A stretch of 64,000 nucleotides of DNA from Candidatus Hodarchaeota archaeon. GTDB lineage: Archaea; Asgardarchaeota; Lokiarchaeia; Sigyniarchaeales; SOKP01. The position numbers were made by a program, and so were the translations under genes. Location of the stretch: positions 1 through 64,000 of the forward strand of contig JBHLKM010000015.1 in NCBI GenBank assembly GCA_048886685.1, written 5' to 3'. A model generated the notes under the pieces. The model did no database searches, was not told where the DNA came from, and worked only from the letters and a program-made list of their open reading frames with translations. This document shows, in pieces, positions 28,878 through 39,195 of this stretch (within the stretch, counting starts at the first letter, position 1; each line of letters starts with the position of its first letter).

Positions 28878-30018
28878 TTAAGCCAAATTCTTTTTTAAAT
28901 AATTTTATTGGAGTTTTTTCTGTTATTTGTTGATATTTTTGCTCTCTAAAGGGTGTTATTTCCACAATATATCCTTTGAGTTGAAATTTTTCAATTAAGG
29001 ATATAATTTGGTTATCTATTGAAAGATATAAAGGTAATTTTATGTCATTATTATTTAATGATATTAGATTCTTATTTATTTTCATTTCTGTTAATAAGAT
29101 TTCGCTGAATTTCTCTAGATCATCATTAATACCCTCGATTTGTGCAAACATTAAAAGTCCCTCTTCCGTTATTACCTCAAATGGTAATCTTATATTTTTC
29201 GCCCTTCGTAAGTACCTATTTTTTAACTGATAATAATCCTTTGAACGTATAGGACAAAAATGCATTTTGATGGAAACTTTTTTGCTTAAATCTTTAATTA
29301 GTTCAATTGCAACTTCATGACTATTGACTACAGAAGCAATGGAACCTTTTTTTAATTGATATCCTCGGCTTTTTAAGGATTCACTATTAGGAAAACAATA
29401 TTCAAATTCATTTAAATTTATAAAGTCTGCCCCTATACTATTGAGATAAATGATTAATTCTTGAAGTTCTTTTACGTTTTCTTTATTAGGAATGACAGGA
29501 ACTTCTGCTCCGATAACCAATCCTTTATTCAACGCAAATTCAATATTTGACCAGTTTTCTCTGGGAGGATGGAATCTAATTTCATCCAATCCTGCTAGCG
29601 CGAGTTTACTGGCAATAAAATTATTGAAGTTGATGCCGTTCGTGTATAGATGGACATGGAATTTATTACCTTTTTGTATTTTTATATATTTAAGATAATC
29701 AAGAGTTTTCTCTAAATTTAATTCAGAAAGGGGCTCACCCCCTGTAATACTCATTCCTTTTGCATTGATTTTATTTATTTCTTCTAACAAACCTTCCTTT
29801 GAAGTAATTTCGATCTCATTAGCAAAAGTTATATTTTTATTTCTTCTTTCTATTGAAATTGGACAATACCAAGAGCAATGATCTGGTTTTTGACATATTC
29901 CATTTAAAAATAAAACTGTTTTTTGTCCTTTTAAGCAGAGTTTACAGCCTTTAGGAAGCCCTCTTCCCTTTAGATATAAATTATTTTCTTTCGATTTGAT
30001 AATTTTAGCCTTTTTCAT
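28867..30018 (-). CDS. Radical SAM protein (COG2108-like)
   Basis: LPKGCKLC..G.K.VLF, C...CSWYCP, ITGGEP, HLYTNG, GLDEIRFHP. Confidence 0.88.
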   Translation of the reverse strand: MKKAKIIKSKENNLYLKGRGLPKGCKLCLKGQKTVLFLNGICQKPDHCSWYCPISIERRNKNITFANEIEITSKEGLLEEINKINAKGMSITGGEPLSELNLEKTLDYLKYIKIQKGNKFHVHLYTNGINFNNFIASKLALAGLDEIRFHPPRENWSNIEFALNKGLVIGAEVPVIPNKENVKELQELIIYLNSIGADFINLNEFEYCFPNSESLKSRGYQLKKGSIASVVNSHEVAIELIKDLSKKVSIKMHFCPIRSKDYYQLKNRYLRRAKNIRLPFEVITEEGLLMFAQIEGINDDLEKFSEILLTEMKINKNLISLNNNDIKLPLYLSIDNQIISLIEKFQLKGYIVEITPFREQKYQQITEKTPIKLFKKEFGLNES

Positions 30019-30722
30019 GATTCAAGTAGTTTTTTTCTCACTATTGCCTTTCTTTTAGCGAGGTTTTTTAATACTTCTTCGGTAGATTCATTCAATTGGA
30101 GAATTCTTTTTAAAAATACTCCAGTTCTCCCATGTTTCTCTCTTCTCAATAACACTTTTTTTCGTTCATTTACAGTATCAATACTTACTCCAACTTCTTT
30201 AGCAGCAAGAGTTTCGTTTCCAATGATGGAAGTTTCTTCATGACCGTGCTCGTTAGGTTTAATTAATACAAGTCTTTTATCTATTCCAGCTACTCTATTC
30301 TCTGATTTTAGTTCATCTAAAGTTATTTTCCCCCCAAAATTATAGAATTCAAGTAAATTTTTTTGAAGCTTGGTAAGTGGAATAGTTATACTCTCCAATT
30401 CACTTAAATGTATATAAAGTTTGATTGAATCTAGTGGTGTTGCCATAATGATTTCTCTAAAATAATTTTCATAACCATTTTTATTTAGAATGTATTCAAT
30501 CTGGAATGATGATACTTTTTGAATAAATACAATATCGATATCGCTAGACTCATGAACATCACCACGGGCTATGCTTCCATATACAAAGGGATTTAATCCT
30601 TCATTTACAAATAATTCTAATAGTTTTTTAGCATTAGCCCTTTTATTTTTTAACAAAGTCCAATTATCTTCCGAATAAGTTATAATATTATGGTAATCTC
30701 TTAAAATTTTTTTAATTTTCAT
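30015..30722 (-). CDS. Predicted nucleotidyltransferase (COG2413-like)
   Basis: VYGSIARGDVHESSDID, RVAGIDKRL, RREKHGRTGVF. Confidence 0.9.
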   Translation of the reverse strand: MKIKKILRDYHNIITYSEDNWTLLKNKRANAKKLLELFVNEGLNPFVYGSIARGDVHESSDIDIVFIQKVSSFQIEYILNKNGYENYFREIIMATPLDSIKLYIHLSELESITIPLTKLQKNLLEFYNFGGKITLDELKSENRVAGIDKRLVLIKPNEHGHEETSIIGNETLAAKEVGVSIDTVNERKKVLLRREKHGRTGVFLKRILQLNESTEEVLKNLAKRKAIVRKKLLES

Positions 30723-30725
30723 GAA

Positions 30726-31568
30726 TTAAGTGTTATTTACAGATTTCATTAATTTATTTTCTATAATATCAATGATAATGCCTAACAGAATAGTTTCGTA
30801 GTATCTAAAACCTTTAGTAGGTTTCTCTAGTGTTATTAAATTTGATTTATTTGTGCTGTCTTTATCAAATTCTTTAATAAAACGTTTTAAATCATTGTTT
30901 TTTAAAATAAAGTAGCTCTTTTTACTAAAAATATAAAATAATTGGCTATATTGTGGTAGATTTTGAAGATTTTCTTTTAAATTTCGAATAATCAATTTAT
31001 TCATCCTTGGGTTTATTAATATGAATCCTATCTTTTTTGGATCCGATATAGTTTCTGTGTTTGGGATGAAATACTTTGATAAATTTAGTAGAATATACCT
31101 AGAATTCACGATAAGCCCTTCATGTTTAAATTTCTCTAGGATTGATGAAAGTAAAGATTTTATCTCTTCATGAATAGTTTTATTTAATGAATTCGAACTT
31201 GAATCAAGCTTAATATCAAGTTTCAAATTAACAACATTAAAGCCATAACTGCTTAAACTCTCTGTTATGATTTTTGTTAAATGTTTTTTGAATTTAGTTC
31301 TTAAAACAAAAATTGAGGGATAATTATCATAGTGTTTATACAGAGATAAATTTCTCGTTAAACCACAGTGCTCTATTTTAATATAATGACTAATGCCAAG
31401 ATCATTTGGTTTTGGGAAAGGATAATACTCTAAATCCTGGTTAGAAAATTTTAATCGCCATCGATGAGTTGATTTGAAAATTTTTACACCGAGTAGAAGT
31501 AGGAATAAGAAAATGATTATAATTGTATCAATAAAAACCCAATCTACTTGAAAAGCATTGCTTGCCAT
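30726..31568 (-). CDS. Membrane-anchored hypothetical protein
   Basis: N-terminal TM helix; remainder has an alpha/beta pattern without catalytic motifs. Confidence 0.7.
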   Translation of the reverse strand: MASNAFQVDWVFIDTIIIIFLFLLLLGVKIFKSTHRWRLKFSNQDLEYYPFPKPNDLGISHYIKIEHCGLTRNLSLYKHYDNYPSIFVLRTKFKKHLTKIITESLSSYGFNVVNLKLDIKLDSSSNSLNKTIHEEIKSLLSSILEKFKHEGLIVNSRYILLNLSKYFIPNTETISDPKKIGFILINPRMNKLIIRNLKENLQNLPQYSQLFYIFSKKSYFILKNNDLKRFIKEFDKDSTNKSNLITLEKPTKGFRYYETILLGIIIDIIENKLMKSVNNT

Positions 31569-31592
31569 GATTTAATACAAATAATTTTTTAT

Positions 31593-31667
31593 TCAATCAA
31601 CAACGTCTTTAATCCAATTTAAATATTTTTTGGATCCCTTTTCAATCTTTAGACCAATGCATTCAGA
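31593..31667 (-). pseudogene. Remnant of a second cutA copy (C-terminal 24 codons)
   Basis: SECIGLKIEKGSKKYLNWIKDVVD* aligns with PECIAFKIEKGSETYLKWIEEAIK* of the intact cutA; preceded by a stop, no start. Confidence 0.75.
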
Positions 31668-31904
31668 TTAAATATATAATAAGGCATAATTGTTTATTAT
31701 TAAACTAAAATCAAATATGAAAATTTGTGAGCAGTAATGAGAAATCAAGTAAAATACGTCACCCTACTCAATACACTTTAAATGAAGAAGGGAAAAAATT
31801 TGTATCTTTAATATATCATTTTAGAGAGTATTATAATTCTCTGAATCTAAATTACTTTAACTATGCCTAAAATTTAAGTTCAAATCTGACCTCTTCAGTT
31901 CTAA

Positions 31905-32219
31905 TTATTTTATAGCTTCTTCTATCCACTTTAAATACGTTTCTGAACCTTTTTCTATCTTAAAGGCAATGCATTCCGGTTCGGAATAGGAATGAATTTC
32001 TTTTATTTTCTGAATTAATGAATCACTGTTCTCTTCAATGGTTTTGATCAATAATAAACACTCATTATCCTCCTCAATTTCTCCTTTCCATCTATATATT
32101 GAAGAAATATTTTGAATAACGTTTACACATGCTACAAGTTTGCTTTCCACTAAATTCCTAGCAATTTTGTGTCCTTCATCAATATTTGGAACAGTTACTA
32201 AGAAAAGATAACAACTCAT
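31905..32219 (-). CDS. cutA: Divalent cation tolerance protein CutA
   Basis: LVACVN, SIYRWKGEI, IKEIHSYSEPEC, YLKWI. Confidence 0.95.
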   Translation of the reverse strand: MSCYLFLVTVPNIDEGHKIARNLVESKLVACVNVIQNISSIYRWKGEIEEDNECLLLIKTIEENSDSLIQKIKEIHSYSEPECIAFKIEKGSETYLKWIEEAIK

Positions 32220-32280
32220 TTTATATCTTCATTATATTTATAGTTCTGATTAATGTACTACTGGACATCAATTTATTTAA

Positions 32281-32529
32281 GATTTATTTATAGAAGGAGA
32301 AAAGAATAGTAAATTGAAATTGAAAGTTAGGAATATTAGTTTATATGTTTCCATTGATTCAAATATAGTTGCTTTTATAGCTTCTGATAACTTTTTTTCT
32401 ATGGAACCTAATGAAACTAGGGATATTGATATTGAAATCGTTAGGAGTCTTGAAAAAGTAAAAGATCATTCGAAACAGGAAATTATAAAATCTTTCAAAA
32501 TTCAATCTCTTTATGATATCATTAAATAA
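32281..32529 (+). pseudogene. Probable C-terminal Ig-like remnant of a GH2 beta-mannosidase
   Basis: LYVSID...SDNFFSMEPNE...IQSLYD matches GH2 mannosidase C-termini; catalytic domain absent. Confidence 0.55.
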
Positions 32530-32628
32530 ATTTCATTTTTTTGTAGTAGATGAAGAGATTTAAATTATCATAATCCTATTAAATATACATTAAGAATAAA
32601 GTTATAAAATATTGTCGAGGTCTTATAA

Positions 32629-33354
32629 TTGCTACATAATTTTTACTTGATCCACCAATATACAGGAATCTGTTTAATCCATAGGAAATATGGAAGTATA
32701 GAATTTAATCAAGATTTAGTGAGTGGTTTTCTCACAGCGCTTAAAGATTTTTCAGTTGAATTCTCTAAAGGATCAGGAGAATTGAAGGTGATAGATATGC
32801 AAGTATTTTATCTCCTGCTTGTTTTTAAAGAGGGTGTGTTATGTACAGCAGCAGCTGATAAGAATGATGACGCTAAAATCACTCATAAAGCGCTAACTGA
32901 TATTATCGATCGGTTTGTCGCAAAATTTGGTGATCAGCTTGAGGGCTGGTCTGGAGATGTTCGCATCTTTCGAGATTTTGAACAAGTTATTGATGAGATT
33001 TTAAAAGTAGGAAAAGTTGCCGAGATCCAACTTAAAATACCAATCTTGAAAATTTTCAAGAAGGATTTCCTGAAATCTCAGAAACTAATTGCCAAGAAAG
33101 GGTTAATCTTGTCAGAGGAAGATTTACGGGAGGTGAAGGATGTGAAGCCAGAGTGGACAGCCAAACGTTTGCCGAAACAGGTGATTGCGCAGGGAGTTTT
33201 AGATGAAGAGGAATTTGATATTGCGCATTTAGCGGACGGATTTCACACGATTGCTGACATTGCAGAGGAATCGGGTCGTCCTGAGGCAGAGATTCAGAAG
33301 ATAATGAACAACTTAGACAAGTTAGAACTTCTCTCATTTGTAGAAATTAAATAA
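32629..33354 (+). CDS. Longin-like domain protein with C-terminal winged helix
   Basis: FYLI...GICL...DLVSGFLTALKDF...F..KF...W.GD...F..F pattern; DGFHTIADIAEESG...LDKLELL wHTH. Confidence 0.75.
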   Translation: MLHNFYLIHQYTGICLIHRKYGSIEFNQDLVSGFLTALKDFSVEFSKGSGELKVIDMQVFYLLLVFKEGVLCTAAADKNDDAKITHKALTDIIDRFVAKFGDQLEGWSGDVRIFRDFEQVIDEILKVGKVAEIQLKIPILKIFKKDFLKSQKLIAKKGLILSEEDLREVKDVKPEWTAKRLPKQVIAQGVLDEEEFDIAHLADGFHTIADIAEESGRPEAEIQKIMNNLDKLELLSFVEIK

Positions 33355-33501
33355 TTAAATTAGCTTCTTTTAAGAGATTCTTTTCAATTATTACTTTGGT
33401 ATAATATTTTTAATGTCTAGAAGTTGATTAATTTCATAACTAAATTCAAAATCAAATTTTAAAATATTATAATATTAAATGAAAATATTTTTGAAAATTA
33501 A

Positions 33502-34992
33502 TTGACTTATAATTTTAAGATGAATGTTAATAAAGTTGCGGAGAATATTTACGAGATTCCTCCTAAAACTTTGATGGCGAGGATTCAAGGGAATATAGAG
33601 AAGTTCCAAATGAGAGTTCCCGTTAAAATTTATGCAAATGCTTATATACTAGAGAAAATAAGACAGGACCGCACATTAGATCAAATAGCTAATGTAGCAT
33701 GTTTACCAGGTATACAAAAACATGCCATAGCGTTATCTGATGCTCATCAGGGATATGGATTTTGTATAGGTGGCGTTGCTGGAACTGATGCAGAGACAGG
33801 GATGATCTCACCTGGAGGTGTTGGTTATGATATTAATTGCGGTGTACGATTATTAAGAACGAATTTATTCCTCAACGATATAAAAAATGTGCTTCCAAAT
33901 TTATTAACTAACATTTTTAATAATATCCCCTCTGGTTTAGGGTCAAAAGGAAAACTAAACATAAGTTATTCTGACTTAGATGATGTTTTAAATAATGGAG
34001 TGAACTGGGCTTTAGAAAAGGGGTATGCATTTGAAGAAGATCTAAAGCATTTAGAAGAAAACGGATGTTTGAAGAATGCTAATGCAGACTTAGTGTCGCA
34101 GAAGGCAAAACAAAGAGCAATTAACCAACTTGGTTCTTTAGGAAGTGGAAACCATTTTCTTGAAATCCAAAAAGTAGATCAGATCTATAATAGAACAATT
34201 GCAGAAAAATTAGGAATATTTGAAAAAAATCAAATTTCTGTAATGGTACACACAGGAAGTAGAGCATTAGGACACCAAGTTTGTTCAGATAGCTTACGAA
34301 ATATCGAAAGAGCAATGAATCAATATAACATAAAAGTACCAGATAGAGAATTAGCATGTGTACCGGCAGATAGTCTTGAGGCTCAAAATTATTTACAACA
34401 GATGGCAAGCGCTGCCAATTTTGGATTCACTAATCGTCAGTTAATAACTCATTGGTTAAGGGAATCCTTCCAAAAGGCATTTAATAAGGATATTGATGCT
34501 TTAGATATGCATATGATTTATGGTGTTTGTCATAATATTCTAAAGATAGAGGAACACGAGATAAATGGTAAGAAAGTGAAATTAAATGTCCATCGTAAGG
34601 GAGCCACAAGAGCGTTTCCACCAAATCACCCAGTCTTACCCCAAGATTATAAAAATATTGGTCAACCTGCATTAATTCCCGGAACTATGGGATCTGCCTC
34701 CTATTTATGTGTAGGCAAACCAAAAGCTATGGAATTATCTTTTGGATCAACTGCTCATGGATCTGGACGTGTTATGTCTAGATCAAAAGCTATAAAAAGA
34801 TATTGGGGTACTAAAGTAAAAGAAGATTTGGGAAAGAAAGGGATATTAGTAAAAAGTGCTTCTATGAAGGTTTTAGCAGAAGAAAGTCCTGGTGCTTACA
34901 AAGATATTGATCAAGTCGTTCAAGTGAGTCATGATCTAGGAATTGTTGAAAAAATTGTAAGGCTCGTCCCGGTAGGCGTTGTAAAAGGGTAA
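33502..34992 (+). CDS. rtcB: tRNA-splicing ligase RtcB
   Basis: DAHQGYGFCIGGV, GYDINCGVR, GSGNHFLE, HTGSR, HRKGAT, HGSGR; no intein. Confidence 0.98.
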   Translation: MTYNFKMNVNKVAENIYEIPPKTLMARIQGNIEKFQMRVPVKIYANAYILEKIRQDRTLDQIANVACLPGIQKHAIALSDAHQGYGFCIGGVAGTDAETGMISPGGVGYDINCGVRLLRTNLFLNDIKNVLPNLLTNIFNNIPSGLGSKGKLNISYSDLDDVLNNGVNWALEKGYAFEEDLKHLEENGCLKNANADLVSQKAKQRAINQLGSLGSGNHFLEIQKVDQIYNRTIAEKLGIFEKNQISVMVHTGSRALGHQVCSDSLRNIERAMNQYNIKVPDRELACVPADSLEAQNYLQQMASAANFGFTNRQLITHWLRESFQKAFNKDIDALDMHMIYGVCHNILKIEEHEINGKKVKLNVHRKGATRAFPPNHPVLPQDYKNIGQPALIPGTMGSASYLCVGKPKAMELSFGSTAHGSGRVMSRSKAIKRYWGTKVKEDLGKKGILVKSASMKVLAEESPGAYKDIDQVVQVSHDLGIVEKIVRLVPVGVVKG

Positions 34993-35007
34993 AAACTTAT
35001 TTAATCA

Positions 35008-35445
35008 CTAGATATCAAACACTATATCAATTTCAACTTTATTCTTTTTTTCTTCAATATTCATAAATGAATAAGTAATTGCTTTTACTTCTGTACCTAT
35101 TTCGTGTTTATTTTTATCGAATTTTTCCCCCTTTACTACAGCTTTAAGTTTATATTTCTCTTCTATTTTTTCAATAGATTGTACTGAAATATAACTAAAG
35201 ACTAATTCTTCTACGTCAAATAAGTAAAGAAACTCTGATAAAAAGTCAAAACATAATGCATATTTATCTTCTGATTCTATCTCAATCTTTTTTTCGATAT
35301 TTGTTGAAATGAGTGTCAAATTGGGAGTTATAGTCGCCATTAAACTTAATGCCGTTTGGGAAAAAGCATCCTCCAAAGTTTTACCCCAACTTTTGACTCT
35401 TACGTCTGCAGTATGATCTATAAATTCAAAACCGGCTCCTTTCAT
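35008..35445 (-). CDS. Archease
   Basis: DHTADV...EVKAITY...FDI; convergent with rtcB. Confidence 0.96.
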   Translation of the reverse strand: MKGAGFEFIDHTADVRVKSWGKTLEDAFSQTALSLMATITPNLTLISTNIEKKIEIESEDKYALCFDFLSEFLYLFDVEELVFSYISVQSIEKIEEKYKLKAVVKGEKFDKNKHEIGTEVKAITYSFMNIEEKKNKVEIDIVFDI

Positions 35446-35563
35446 AATTCCATAATAGTATAAAAAGAATCTGATGCAGATTGATTTTTATTAATTATTA
35501 ATTATTTTGACTAAATAAGTGAATTTCTGAGTACTTTTTATTTTTCCCTAAAGAAATTTTGAT

Positions 35564-36067
35564 ATGGGTTTTTATACAATAATCGATGATTTATATTTCT
35601 ACCAAATGCTTTCATTTGTGAGGAAATATAGTAATTTTGAGCTTAAATTGAATAAGTATTTTTATAATAAAACAAATGGAATAATTCCAGAATTTATTGT
35701 GGTAATAAACAAGTATATTTTTTTCTTTGTAAGGAAAGATAAATATTTTACCTCCAAAATATATCTAAGCTCTATTAGAAGGGAGATTTCACCCAATAAG
35801 GTGTTGATTATAAGAGCTGAGAATGTCTTTATTAATTTGTTATTTAGTTTTTTTCCAGATGTATATATTCATGATATTAGAATAGAAAATGATAATAGCT
35901 CAGGAAAACGAGAAATTTCATTATATTTTTTAAATTACAAAGATAGGGGTATCGCAATTGGGCGACAAGGGGAGTATATTAAATGTTTAAACGAATTGTG
36001 CCGAAGATATATAATTCTAGAAAGTAAAATAACACCACTAGAAATTAAATGTAAAGTTTTAGTTTAA
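35564..36067 (+). CDS. NusA-like KH-domain protein
   Basis: DRGIAIGRQGEYIK KH loop; first KH domain degenerate. Confidence 0.7.
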   Translation: MGFYTIIDDLYFYQMLSFVRKYSNFELKLNKYFYNKTNGIIPEFIVVINKYIFFFVRKDKYFTSKIYLSSIRREISPNKVLIIRAENVFINLLFSFFPDVYIHDIRIENDNSSGKREISLYFLNYKDRGIAIGRQGEYIKCLNELCRRYIILESKITPLEIKCKVLV

Positions 36068-36072
36068 AAATT

Positions 36073-36840
36073 TCAGTAAGGGACAGACTTTAAACCTACT
36101 AAATAGGCAACGGTATTAGCAATAATACTTACTGCCGGTGTTATAATTATTAGAAAAATGAAAATATGAATATCAGGAAATAGAAATATTGTTGGAGAAA
36201 TAAAACTAGGGATCAATATAAACAGTAGTGCAATTAAGGCGAAATCTAATTGATCTACAATCCAAAATGGTGCTCCACTCTTAATATCAAATCGTCTTTT
36301 TAAAAAAGAACCGATTAAATCTCCTAATACAGCGCCATAAGATCCTAATATAATTCTTATTATTAACACTAAGAAATTCATTGGAAATTCTCCACCAATA
36401 AAATAATATTGAAAAACTTTAAAATCATTGTAGAGCAAATATTGCCCTTCTCCTAAAGCTTTAATTATTAAATCTTTTATCGGTTGCCAAAGAATGAAAA
36501 AAAGTAGAAAAATCATAAATGAAATAGGAATACCCACATACAAAGGTCCTTTTAAGCCATTAACAGTCTTATGGTCTCCTAATATCCTTCTTCCATCTCG
36601 AAAAAATTTACCACCATCAATTGGACGACCTCCACCCGTTATAACCATTGAAGCATTTGAAAGGTAAGCAGGAACAATCAATAAAAGTGAAAAAATCAAT
36701 AAGCTAATCCAATCTGCCCATGAAAAAAATACCGATATAACTAAGAAATTTACTATGAGCAAACTGGCAAAAAAAAGAGCAAGTATAAATGCAATCCTTT
36801 TATTCCGCTTTTCTCTTTCTAAAGTTTCAGTCGCTATCAA
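36073..36840 (-). CDS. carS: CDP-archaeol synthase
   Basis: PAYLSN, PIDGGK..DGRRILGDHKT, GDLIGSFLKRR, DQLDF, LGLK..PY-type ending. Confidence 0.95.
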   Translation of the reverse strand: MIATETLEREKRNKRIAFILALFFASLLIVNFLVISVFFSWADWISLLIFSLLLIVPAYLSNASMVITGGGRPIDGGKFFRDGRRILGDHKTVNGLKGPLYVGIPISFMIFLLFFILWQPIKDLIIKALGEGQYLLYNDFKVFQYYFIGGEFPMNFLVLIIRIILGSYGAVLGDLIGSFLKRRFDIKSGAPFWIVDQLDFALIALLFILIPSFISPTIFLFPDIHIFIFLIIITPAVSIIANTVAYLVGLKSVPY

Positions 36841-37116
36841 ATTGTTCTATTATCCTATTTTACCAAAAAATCATAAAAAACTGAATACTTAAACAAATTC
36901 TCGATTAAATTAAATTCTTATTAAACCTATTTTTATTAACTAGATCTTAATAAATATTGCTTCATAAATAATATTCTTTTAAAATACCGACAATAATTAT
37001 ATAATTTATTGAAAAGATTATTCAAAATCAGATATTAAAGCTTTAACATTTTTCTATTAAATTAAAGATTAATAATTAACTTTATAAATGCAATAGAAAT
37101 ATTACATAATACAGTA

Positions 37117-37129
37117 TTTCGAGTGGAAA
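37117..37129 (+). promoter_or_regulatory. ORB-like element TTTCGAGTGGAAA upstream of cdc6 (candidate oriC or autoregulatory site)
   Basis: Close to the archaeal ORB core TTCCAGTGGAAA; lies in a ~330-bp very AT-rich gap. Confidence 0.5.
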
Positions 37130-37168
37130 AAAAATTCTCTTATTAAAATGAATCTCTTGGTGCCATAA

Positions 37169-38476
37169 TTGTTGAACAATCATGAAAATAATTATCAATT
37201 TAACATCGATAAATTTTACAAGAATTATCTTAAAGGACCAAAAATTTTCAATAATCGCAACGCATTAGAACCTTCGTATATCCCTGATATTTTACCTCAT
37301 CGGGATGTCCAAATAAAAGATATTGCTGAAAAAACTGCATGTGCTTTATTAGGGGATGCCCCTCCAAGTTTCTTATGTTATGGTCAAACTGGGACGGGAA
37401 AAACTGCTACTATAAGATACGTGAGTCAAAAGTTAGCACAGCAAAACTCAGAAATTAAACCTTGGTGGATTTATATTAATTGTAATGTTGTTTCAACTCC
37501 TTACCGTATTTTAGCTCATATATATAACACAATCTCACGAGATGAGAAAATTCCACCGACAGGACTTCCAAAGGATATAATTTTTAAGAAATTACTTGGT
37601 TTACTAGACTCCAGATTGGGGGTTTCAATATGCTTCTTAGTGTTAGATGAGATAGATATTTTAGTAGATAAAAAAGGTGGAAACGAAATATTATATGATT
37701 TAACCCGATTAAATGAAAATTTGGATCATTGCAAATCCAGTTTAATAGGTATCTCTAATAAATTAAAGTTTAGAAATAATTTGGATCCCAGAATTTTGTC
37801 GAGTTTAGGAGAAGAGCATATAGTTTTTCCTTCTTACGATGCAAGTGAGCTTAGAGATATTTTAAATGAGAGAGCAAAAATTGCATTTCACAATAATGTT
37901 TTAAAGGAAGATGTAATTCCTTTATGTGCGGCATTAGCTGCGAAAGAACACGGAGATGCGAGGAAAGCACTACAATTACTAAGAAAAGCTGGAGAATTAG
38001 CTGAAAGAGCTCAAAGCAAGATTGTAACATCAAAATATGTCGATAAAGCTCAAGAGGATATAGAAAAAGATTATATCATGGAATACATAAAAGGTATGCC
38101 ACTCCAAGCCCAATTAGTTTTAACTTCAATATATTTAATCTCAAAATTTAGTCCTGATCATATCATAATTTCTGGAGATATTTATGACGTTCATTCTGAA
38201 ATAAGAGGATTGATCCCTGGAATCCGTCAATTAACTAAACGGAGGATTAGTGATTACATAAATGAATTGGCTCTCTCCGGTATAATTTCTGCTGAAGTTA
38301 AATCTATGGGACATTATGGTAGAACTAAGATAATTAAATTTGATATTGAAATAGATATTATTGAGAGAGTTCTATATGGAATTGATAAAATTCAAGGCAT
38401 TCTAGAGCATAAACCGATATTATTACAAACAGATAAAGTTAAATTGAAAAATAACATTTTTAAGAAATTAATTTAA
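37169..38476 (+). CDS. cdc6: Orc1/Cdc6 replication initiator
   Basis: LPHRD, GQTGTGKT, VLDEID, LDPRILSSL, GDARKAL, GHYGRTK wing. Confidence 0.97.
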   Translation: MLNNHENNYQFNIDKFYKNYLKGPKIFNNRNALEPSYIPDILPHRDVQIKDIAEKTACALLGDAPPSFLCYGQTGTGKTATIRYVSQKLAQQNSEIKPWWIYINCNVVSTPYRILAHIYNTISRDEKIPPTGLPKDIIFKKLLGLLDSRLGVSICFLVLDEIDILVDKKGGNEILYDLTRLNENLDHCKSSLIGISNKLKFRNNLDPRILSSLGEEHIVFPSYDASELRDILNERAKIAFHNNVLKEDVIPLCAALAAKEHGDARKALQLLRKAGELAERAQSKIVTSKYVDKAQEDIEKDYIMEYIKGMPLQAQLVLTSIYLISKFSPDHIIISGDIYDVHSEIRGLIPGIRQLTKRRISDYINELALSGIISAEVKSMGHYGRTKIIKFDIEIDIIERVLYGIDKIQGILEHKPILLQTDKVKLKNNIFKKLI

Positions 38477-39156
38477 GAACTAAATTCCCACTTATCAACG
38501 TTATTCGCTAAGTCTTGGAGGAAAAACTCAGCAGAGTCTTCATTTTTCTCTTTTAAAAGTAGGAATAATCTTGTAAGATGTTTGCAAAATTGTTTGTTCT
38601 TACTCCTTCTTGTTTCAAAATCGTGGCAATTGTGTTTCAATAATTTATTATTTATATCAATTTCGATAAAATATGGTTCTTCTTCTGAGCCTGAAACTGT
38701 CGATTTCATAATGCCTTTTGTAGTATCTATTTCTTTTATTTTAAAATCATTACTTGATATGTTTGCTGCCCTATTTATTGTGCCCTTATCAGCAAAAGAT
38801 TTCAATAAAACGTTAAAACGTGTTGAACCCTCTTTTTCAATACTACTTATCATTTGAACGTTCTTTTTAGCGAGATTTATGTTATCCAAAATCTCATTTC
38901 TTCTTTTTTTTTGCCAGAGTGTTAATTTCTTACGCAGAGAATCAGATAGGCTAAGTGTTCCATTATCATTTTTGGTTAATACTTTGCTTTTGAGGCAATT
39001 TTCAACAAATACAATTGCTTTATCAGGAGGAATTAAAAACAATTCATATGAGATTTTATATAAAAGGTTATTTAGTGCAATAGAGGGTAAATCAATTGTT
39101 TTCCAAATATATAATAACAATTGTGTATTATCTCCACGAGGAATTGCTATATTCAT
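38473..39156 (-). CDS. SWIM zinc-finger protein
   Basis: V.GS...PY.I.ID...HNCHDF...FCKHL. Confidence 0.8.
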   Translation of the reverse strand: MNIAIPRGDNTQLLLYIWKTIDLPSIALNNLLYKISYELFLIPPDKAIVFVENCLKSKVLTKNDNGTLSLSDSLRKKLTLWQKKRRNEILDNINLAKKNVQMISSIEKEGSTRFNVLLKSFADKGTINRAANISSNDFKIKEIDTTKGIMKSTVSGSEEEPYFIEIDINNKLLKHNCHDFETRRSKNKQFCKHLTRLFLLLKEKNEDSAEFFLQDLANNVDKWEFSS

Positions 39157-39195
39157 AAGTTAGTATAATTTTTTATCTTTTATTAAATTGAATTA

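Noticed and set aside
33560-33620. Extra residues near the RtcB N-terminus as a hidden in-frame intron
   Set aside because: No stop codon and no 4-bp helix with paired 3-nt bulges found; treated as a protein loop.
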